From contig CP120457.1 of the NCBI GenBank assembly GCA_034226945.1, forward strand, positions 1,054,001 through 1,118,000: a stretch of DNA of 64,000 bases, read 5' to 3'. This DNA comes from Picochlorum sp. SENEW3 (lineage: Eukaryota). Position numbers and translations under genes: made by a program. The notes beneath the pieces are model-generated. The model was not told the origin of the DNA. It worked only from the letters and a program-made list of their open reading frames with translations, and searched no databases. Numbering within the stretch: position 1 is the stretch's first letter; each line of letters starts with the position of its first letter. This document shows, piece after piece, positions 44,236 to 51,985 of the stretch.

Positions 44236-45042
44236 TTAAAATTCTTCGTCATCCCCGCTTGACAACGAAGGAGGTGAAGAAGGTGGTGAATTCTCTCTCC
44301 AGTCCTTCATCTTGGAATTCTCGGCAATCCCCACAAAACCTTCTTTGAGCACGTCCCATCCAGAGGGCTCCTCGGCCTTGCTCTTTTGATCTTCACCATC
44401 GACATCGTCGCGTTCTTTCATGTGCTTGATTTCAGCCAGGAATCCAGCCTTGCCCAGGCGGGCAATTTTCCCCTTGTTACCCTTGGTCTCTTCGCTCCGT
44501 ATCCTCTTCTGAGCGGCATTGATTGCATTGAACAACTGAACGACCCCCTTGGTCGCAGTTTTCTGAAGACGTTTCTCCCTCCCATCCCTCTCCGGATCCA
44601 GACCCTTTCTTGCAGGAATAGAATGACCTCTCTGCTTCATCTCATCCCGTATCTTCTTGGCAGCCTTGGCGGCTTGTATCTCTTTCTCCTCCTCTAGTTT
44701 GCGTTTTGAGATGCTCTTACTTCCCTGTAGTGCACAATCAGAGTCAGATTACGCTCGCAATGGACACACCCCATGACAAACACCACGCACCGCCAAAATA
44801 GGAGCTGAGCCACTTCCTTCGGCACCTTCTCGATCGACCAGCCTATGAAACGCCCTGGAGAAAGATTCCACCTTGCCACCTTCAAGAAATCCGACGGCAC
44901 GCCCTTCGTCTTCGCCAGACGACTCGTTCTCGGCACGCCCTTCGTCTTCGCCAGACGACTCGTCACTGTCAGGAGGACCTGACAAAGACTCATCGCTATC
45001 GAGCGAATCCGGCCTCTCGACCTCTCTATCACCGTCAGACAT
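44236..45042 (-). CDS. RRP15: RRP15-like ribosome biogenesis protein; intron 44725-44790
   Basis: Acidic N-terminus, PILA, EKRLQKTATKGVVQLFNAI, WDVLKE, MKDW. Confidence 0.88.
44895..44963. repeat. 33-bp direct repeat (36-bp period) in RRP15 exon 1, encoding ESSGEDEGRA twice
   Basis: cggcacgcccttcgtcttcgccagacgactcgt occurs twice. Confidence 0.9.
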
Positions 45043-45378
45043 AGTGATAACATCATCTGTACATGAATAAATAGGTGAGTCGCAGCAATACACCCATCAG
45101 CCTTCATTGCAAAGACATGCATGACCCTTCTTACCCGCACCGGTCACATGGTCCTCCGCCCCATTCGATAGAATACGTTCAATCGCAGCCTCCATATTAG
45201 ATGCATGCAAAGATATTCATACACAACTCATGACCAGCGCCTGTGGTCTTGTAACCGACGAATGTCTCCAAACCATCGAATTACGAAACCGATGCTTTCG
45301 AATTGGAAGAATGCTTCCTCATGATGAGCAGCAGGCGTGTTCTTCTCCACCCATGTACAATACAGTATTCCGAGTAGT

Positions 45379-46260
45379 ATGCTATTGATCCGAACAGCCA
45401 CCCCCACTCGAGTTGGTACGCCCCAGCTGAGAGCTGCTGGACAGCGCACCAAGCTTATCAGGCACGCCGAGCAAGGGATTGCAGCATTCGATAGAACTAT
45501 TTACTATTCACCTACTTTTGGACAGCGACAAAGAAGCAGAATGCAGACCCATGTTGAATGCACTGGAAGTGACACAAATGGTACGTTGGAGTGAGAGCTC
45601 TTGGACAGCCTTTTTTTGTTTCTACATAATCGATCTCGCTGCTTGTTGGCAGGTTCTGGACCATCAAGAATAGGAACTGTAAAGAGAGAAACGAAGGAGA
45701 CCAAAATTGACCTGACAATCAATATTGATGGGACAGGAAAGTGCCAGTCCAAATCACAGATACCATTCTTGGATCATATGATGGATCAGTTGGCATCCCA
45801 CGGACTCTTTGATATTCATCTAGAGGCGGAGGGGGATACATGGATTGATGACCACCACACGAATGAGGATATTGCTCTGGCCATGGGGACGGCACTCTCT
45901 CAGGCCCTGGGTGACAGGAAAGGAATCCACAGGTTTGGAAACTTTACAGCTCCGTTGGATGAGGCTCTGGTGCAAGTAGTATTGGACTTATCCGGTAGGC
46001 CGCACCTGTCGTGCTCGCTTGATCTACCGACGGAGAGGATTGGGACCTATGAGACGCAGCTCGTGGAACACTTTTTCCAGAGCATGGCCAACACCAGCGG
46101 GATGACTCTGCACATTCGCCAATTGGATGGCAGAAACAGCCACCACATTGTAGAGGCCACCTTCAAGGCGTTTGCCAGGGCACTGAGAGTGGCATGTGAG
46201 GAAGACCCCCGCCGAGCGGGAACCATTGCGTCATCCAAGGGCGTCTTGACCCAGCAATAG
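45379..46260 (+). CDS. HISN5: Imidazoleglycerol-phosphate dehydratase, plastid; intron 45581-45652
   Basis: [47 protein letters not shown]. Confidence 0.95.
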
Positions 46261-46347
46261 AAGACCTTGTGCGCACAGCAGCCTGGTCCATACAATATAT
46301 GCGATAATAAATAAATAAAAAGTTCAATAATCAAATAGAGTACCAAA

Positions 46348-47872
46348 ATGTTCTTCGGAGGAGGTTTTCCTGGAGGGCATCCGTTTGGAGGGATGCCAGG
46401 CGGAGGAGGCCCTGTAAACAATTCAAAGTATTACGAGATTTTGGGCGTCAGCAAAGATGCAACAGCCCATGAAATCAAAAAAGCGCACAGGAAACTGGCT
46501 CTGAAGTACCATCCTGACAAAGGTGGGTCGAGGCACGATTGAACAACATGCCGATTTGAAACGCCGTTGGTTGCCGTCTGGGGTTCGGGGACGTTATTTC
46601 TACTGATTTTGTTTAATATTGGGTCATTAATGGAGATTGAATGGATCCATTGGCTACGCGGAGCAACCAAGAAGGAATCTTGTGGATTGCTTCTGGAATG
46701 TTTTGACCGAGGAGCCGACAAACTAACCAGTGTATGTGCATTTCATCGCAGGAGGGGATCAGGAAAAGTTCAAGGAGATTAATGAGGCATATGAAGTCCT
46801 TCGAGATGAGGAGAAGCGCGAAATTTACGACAAATATGGAGAGGAAGCTGTGAAAGACGGTTCTGGTATGGGTGGAGGAGCAGGCGGAGCTGACATTTTC
46901 GACCTGTTCGGTATGGGTGGTATGGGCCGCCGCAGCCAAAGAGAGAGAAAGAGCGAAGACGTCGTGCATCGCCTGAAAGTATCGTTGGAAGATATGTACA
47001 AAGGATCAACCAGGAAGCTTCAAAGCACCCGCAACATCAAATGTCCCGAATGTAATGCCACTGGCAGTAAGAGCGGGAAGAAATATCGATGCGATACCTG
47101 CCAAGGCAGTGGAATGGAGGTCAAGATGCGACAAATCGGGCCAGGGATGGTGCAGCAAATCCAGCAGCGGTGCTCTTCGTGCTCTGGTGCCGGATTCTCT
47201 TGTCCTCCGTCAGACAGATGCAGCAGATGCAATGGAAAGTGTCTGGTTGCCGACAAAAAGATATTTGAGGTTCACGTGGAAAGGGGCGCACGGCATAATT
47301 CAAAGGTTGTGTTCAGAGATGAAGCAGGGACTGATTCCCCAGATGTCCTACCAGGTGATTTGATATTTGTGTTGGAGCAGAAACCAAACGACTCCTTCAA
47401 GAGAATTGGAAACGATTTGTTCATGGAGAAATCTGTGAGTCTCGTGGAATCCCTGACCGGGTGCACCATGCACATCACTCAGCTTGATGGAAGGATTCTG
47501 GAGATGAAGACACCAGTTGGACACGTGATCACTCCAGACTCTTGGACATGCATCAAAAATGAAGGAATGCCAATCCAAGGACATCCATTTGATAAAGGCA
47601 ACTTGTACATTCACTTTACTGTCGAGTTTCCGGAGAAGATTACCGAGGAGCAGAGCAATGCCTTGAGAACAATCTTTGGCGCACCACAGTCCAATGGCAC
47701 ATCGCCCATGAATGAGGAGGACATCGAGGAGGTTGCCATGGTAACAGTGGCGGATATAGAAGAGGAAATCAAGAGGCGCAAGCAGTACGAAAGGACGTCG
47801 GGAGCTTACAACAGTGATAGTGATGATGACATGGGTGACAGACCACGAGGCGTGTCATGTGCTCAGCAGTAA
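46348..47872 (+). CDS. Type I DnaJ (DNAJA/ATJ2-like); intron 46523-46751
   Basis: HPD, G/F region, CxxCxGxG repeats, CaaX box CAQQ. Confidence 0.96.
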
Positions 47873-47955
47873 AAGCTACAGTATATTTTGCGATGTATTC
47901 TTTTCATTTTCTTTAATACTATCACATTGGTTTCCCTGCAGCATATGTGCTGTAG

Positions 47956-48181
47956 CCCACCCTATGCCGCTATGAACTATGGTTTGTACACTAGGGTACA
48001 AATGTCGGGTTCGTTCTTAGGTACAAAATAGTCAGTCCTCCTAGAGACCTGGTCAACATGTTTTCGTTGTCGAGCAACTCCCAAACCGTCACAACCAACT
48101 ACGCGACGTTTGGTCAAGTCTCCCACCAGGTAACCCAAGTCATGAGTATTCTTTCCCTCTCCGCACTAGCGTGGGTGCGGT
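47956..48181 (-). ncRNA. Putative Fanzor omega-RNA scaffold (right end); guide would extend into the flank 47955-~47936
   Basis: Stems CCGCAC/GTGCGG (48161-48180), GAGACTTG/CAGGTCTC (48115-48122 with 48044-48051) enclosing CCAAAC/GTTTGG, and TTTGTAC/GTACAAA (47983-48002), directly 3' of the Fanzor stop. Confidence 0.6.
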
Positions 48182-49397
48182 CTACCAGCAAATGCTGGCG
48201 GATGTTTCCTTCAAAAATTTGAGGAAGATGTTGAACGCTGCGAGGATGTCTCGATCAGCGTGAAAACAGCACGACTTGCATGCGAAGACCTTACTACCTC
48301 CTAATGTCTCGTGTAAAATACCACATCTACAGCACGTTTTTGTCGTATACTCTTCCCCAATAACGAACACATTTTCCCCCATCCTTTCTGCTGTTTGAAT
48401 CAATATCTCCCTAAACTTGGAATGATCATTGGTCATGACCGAGGCATATCATGTGACGGACGCTTTTGGTTCTCAAACGCCTATCAACACGTTTCGACAT
48501 ACTCTTCGACCCGAATTTTGGAATGACGATATTGTCATACATGGAACAGAGATAGTGTGCTGCTTTAAAGTGGAAATCCTTCAGAATGGACTGAAACCTT
48601 CCTGTCAAACGCTCAAACGCCATTTTCTTTCGCTTGCGTTTCCTATGGTCAGGTTCAGTATCTATACTCGACCGGAGTTTATCCAGGGCAACAAGCCTCG
48701 GGTATAACTTTGTTGCAAACCCTAGACCAAGTTCTGAGGTGCCTTCTGGAGACCATATAGACCCGAATGTTCTGACACCTGGGTCGATAGCACAGTAATT
48801 GGATATGGTCATTACCTTCTCCTCCCTTGGGACATGTACTGGAATGGCCAAGTAAAACTTGCCTTTTGTCTTCATCAACCTACAATCGTGATGTACAGGT
48901 ATCTCGATACTTTGACGCACTCTCAATACACCTTGGAGACTTCTCTTGTATATATGGACTCCTTGATGGTCAATACGGAGACCCGACGGACCTTTCTGAA
49001 TGAGAATAGATTGGTCACTGTCAGACTTCTTACGGAAACCCATTCGAAACCGTTCGATGTTCTTCCTTTTCCTGTTTGTGAGAGCAGCCTTGTATGCTCC
49101 TTGAAAATCCTTGATTGCTCCTTCTCTGATGTGCTTCGGTGTTGAAAGAAGCCACACCTTGCTACCTTGGATGTTCTTGTTAGTGACAAATCTGTTCCGT
49201 AGCCATTGAAACCAGTTCTTCTTCGTCGGAATGGTTCCTAGATTGTTTAAGAAACCCACACATTCGTTATATGTATATCGACAGGCGCCGAACCATTGAT
49301 TAAGCACTCTTTCCTGCAGGACCAGCTGGTCTTTTGTTGGGAATATTTCAATCCGACGAATTCTTGTTAGCCCGTCTTTTGTACTTTCTCCGACCAT
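48182..49397 (-). pseudogene. Fanzor2 / IS607 TnpB RNA-guided endonuclease, frameshifted by a 13-bp insertion at 48426-48438 (frame open upstream to ATG 49892)
   Basis: RIEIFPT..Q..LNQWFGACRYTYN, RuvC-I AIDPG, Fanzor-type IVIPKF, relocated catalytic E in GEEYTTKTC, Zn ribbon CCRC..CKSC, RuvC-III DRDILAAFNI. Confidence 0.92.
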
Positions 49398-49899
49398 AAA
49401 TTTTTTAACTGAAGACCGTGACAATTGAAATGATATCATCGACGAGTTCTTCTTCTCTTGATTTATGTTTGTCGTTAGAATCGCAGACGATCCTAACTCC
49501 TTTTCGTGCCAACATGAATTCGATGATATCGAACCCGAACCGAGCAAGTCGGTCCTTGTGAGCGACCGCAACAAACGAGACGCCTCCTTGCAGCGATCGT
49601 TGAAGAATGGATCGAAGGCCTTTTCGGTTCCAATTGAGTCCGCTTCCGATATCGGTGACGACCTCCCAACCAGGCATATACCGGACCTGTCGCTCAAGGT
49701 CATCTTTTTGCCCGCTCGATGATACTCTACAGTAACAGATTTGCGCTTGTTGCTTACCATCTTGAACCTCAATCCCATAATGCCTTTGTCCACTTGGCTG
49801 CACGACATATTTGATGCGGTCATTGTTCGCCCATTTGACAATGGTCTGACCAGAGACTCCGAAATGCTCGGCTGCTTTTTATCGCGACACATACTGCAT
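49348..49899 (-). pseudogene. tnpA: IS607 TnpA (MerR-like HTH + serine recombinase) with in-frame TAA at 49881-49879 and 49407-49405
   Basis: MQYVSR*KAAEHFGVSGQTIVKWAN, YCRVSS..QKDDLERQ, DIGSGLN..RKGL, AHKDRLARFGF, ELVDDIISIVTVFS*KIYGRRK. Confidence 0.92.
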
Positions 49900-50032
49900 A
49901 TTAATGATACATTATTTATGACTGATTAGCGCAATCATGTACTCTTATATAGAGTTATTCACAATTAAGTCAACTGCTGAAGCCCAATACTGAGAGAAGC
50001 TCTCATCAGTTCAAGTTAAATCTGCAGTCTAC

Positions 50033-50121
50033 TCTGGTCTGTATTTTGATTTTTTTAAAGTCATATTTTTAGTCGTATTTCAGTATACTGTGGCTGTGAG
50101 AAGTTAGAAATACAGACCAGA
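50033..50121. repeat. Perfect 14-bp inverted repeat enclosing 61 bp (MITE-like remnant?)
   Basis: TCTGGTCTGTATTT (50033-50046) and AAATACAGACCAGA (50108-50121). Confidence 0.65.
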
Positions 50122-50233
50122 ACTTCTCTCCAGCGTTGTTGACCAAGAATTGTTGAAAAATAGTGGTGAGTCCTGAGAAGGGACGCTGACCATTCAATAT
50201 ACAAATTTCAAGTGAAATATTTCGTTTCGTAGC

Positions 50234-51949
50234 ATGGCAGAACAGTCAGCAGCCTGCCACTGCACATGTTGCAGAAAAAATTCTCGTTCTTCTTTGGAGT
50301 TGAGGGAGCTGCACGCCAGGACATTATCGGAGATGAGGGGCTCCATCAGCAGCCTTACCACAAAGTACAAGTCGACGCTAGAGGCGATGGAAACACTTAA
50401 AAGGGAATCGGAGGAGAACAGAAGGCTAGGTGCCATGGCAGCCAATTCTGCTCAGATACACTGTGATGAGATTAAGAATGGCTTGCAGGCAATGTCTCTC
50501 GATGCAAACGAGTTGGTTCAGATTCTTTCGACTGAACTGAGCTCGGTGAAGGAAGAAAGGGATAAATTGAGGAGAAACCAAGACGTGCTATGCAGTAAAC
50601 TGTCCAGTATGTCCCAACCTGGTGTGGAGGAGAGAGCCGTTCTGGTTGGGGAAATTCAGGATCTAACGCGGTCTCGAGAAACTCTTCAAGTTTTGATAAG
50701 TAATTTGAGGACCAAGTGCTCAGACCTGGAGGCCACGGTTGCTTCGCTCCAGGATGAAAATGCGCGCCTGTTGCAGCGGGAACCCACAGATGCTCCTGCA
50801 GTGGATGGATTGAGGACCAAGTGCTCAGACCTGGAGGCCACGGTTGCTTCGCTCCAGGATGAAAATGCGCGCCTGTTGCAGCGGGAACCCACAGATGCTC
50901 CTGCAGTGGATGATTTGAGGACCAAGTGCTCAGACCTGGAGGCCACGGTTGCTTCGCTCCAGGATGAAAATGCGCGCCTGTTGCAGCGGGAACCCACAGA
51001 TGCTCCTGCAGTGGATGATTTGAGGACCAAGTGCTCAGACCTGGAGGCCACGGTTGCTTCGCTCCAGGATGAAAATGCGCGCCTGTTGCAGCGGGAACCC
51101 ACAGATGCTCCTGCAGTGGATGGATTGAGGACCAAGTGCTCAGACCTGGAGGCCACGGTTGCTTCCCTCCAGGATGAAAATGCGCGCCTGTTGCAGCGGG
51201 AACCCACAGATGCTCCTGCAGTGGATGGATTGAGGACCAAGTGCTCAGACCTGGAGGCCACGGTTGCTTCCCTCCAGGATGAAAATGCGCGCCTGTTGCA
51301 GCGGGAACCCACAGATGCTCCTGCAGTGGATGGATTGAGGACCAAGTGCTCAGACCTGGAGGCCACGGTTGCTTCGCTCCAGGATGAAAATGCGCGCCTG
51401 TTGCAGCGGGAACCCACAGATGCTCCTGCAGTGGATGATTTGAGGACCAAGTGCTCAGACCTGGAGGCCACGGTTGCTTCGCTCCAGGATGAAAATGCGC
51501 GCCTGTTGCAGCGGGAACCCACAGATGCTCCTGCAGTGGATGATTTGAGGACCAAGTGCTCAGACCTGGAGGCCACGGTTGCTTCGCTCCAGGATGAAAA
51601 TGCGCACCTGCTGAAGGCTCAAAGCAAGTCGCACCCTTCATCAGTTGAGAAGCTTCTCCGGCTCACAAGGGAGAATCAACACTTTGCAGTGAAGTTATCA
51701 GAGCAGGAGAACAAATCAAAGGCATTAGAATCAACAATTATGCTCCTGAATAAGTATCTTGACAGAGAGATCAATACTGGAGGAGTAGAAAATAGCTTGA
51801 TTGATATTTTGGATGACATTTCTTACATAAAGAGAACAACGAATTCACGTGAGGCCAAGGAGCTCATAGGAATGACTGAGAAAGGTTTGGAGAGAATCAA
51901 CGAACCTAGATTTCATGATTCCGGTCATCCAGTACTCCCCCAAACATGA
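50234..51949 (+). CDS. Coiled-coil protein containing a 35-aa tandem repeat
   Basis: 571-aa ORF; LRTKCSDLEATVASLQDENARLLQREPTDAPAVD[G/D] repeated. Confidence 0.8.
   Translation: MAEQSAACHCTCCRKNSRSSLELRELHARTLSEMRGSISSLTTKYKSTLEAMETLKRESEENRRLGAMAANSAQIHCDEIKNGLQAMSLDANELVQILSTELSSVKEERDKLRRNQDVLCSKLSSMSQPGVEERAVLVGEIQDLTRSRETLQVLISNLRTKCSDLEATVASLQDENARLLQREPTDAPAVDGLRTKCSDLEATVASLQDENARLLQREPTDAPAVDDLRTKCSDLEATVASLQDENARLLQREPTDAPAVDDLRTKCSDLEATVASLQDENARLLQREPTDAPAVDGLRTKCSDLEATVASLQDENARLLQREPTDAPAVDGLRTKCSDLEATVASLQDENARLLQREPTDAPAVDGLRTKCSDLEATVASLQDENARLLQREPTDAPAVDDLRTKCSDLEATVASLQDENARLLQREPTDAPAVDDLRTKCSDLEATVASLQDENAHLLKAQSKSHPSSVEKLLRLTRENQHFAVKLSEQENKSKALESTIMLLNKYLDREINTGGVENSLIDILDDISYIKRTTNSREAKELIGMTEKGLERINEPRFHDSGHPVLPQT
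50705..51610 (+). repeat. 105-bp minisatellite, 8 full units plus 1 partial, near identical
   Basis: Units start at 50705, 50810, ... 51545; the full units differ only at GGA/GAT and TCG/TCC. Confidence 0.97.
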
Positions 51950-51985
51950 TTTGTTTCGAAATAAAGATGTAATACTTTTCGCAGA

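Larger units (their letters stand above)
47956..49985 (-). mobile_element. IS607-family element (TnpA serine recombinase + Fanzor2/TnpB), degenerate copy
   Basis: Two overlapping ORFs typical of IS607; no TIRs; boundaries at near-identical 12-mers TGGGCTTCAGCA (49986-49975) and TGGGCTACAGCA (47959-47948), 2027 bp apart. Confidence 0.9.

Noticed and set aside
46523..46751. snoRNA in the relatively long DnaJ intron
   Set aside because: No convincing C/D or H/ACA box arrangement seen
50705..51610. Repeat array near an RNA-guided nuclease read as a CRISPR array
   Set aside because: Units are contiguous and near identical with no unique spacers, and they encode an in-frame protein repeat
50472..51641. 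Long antisense ORFs (389 and 296 aa)
   Set aside because: By-products of a stop-free 105-bp repeat unit
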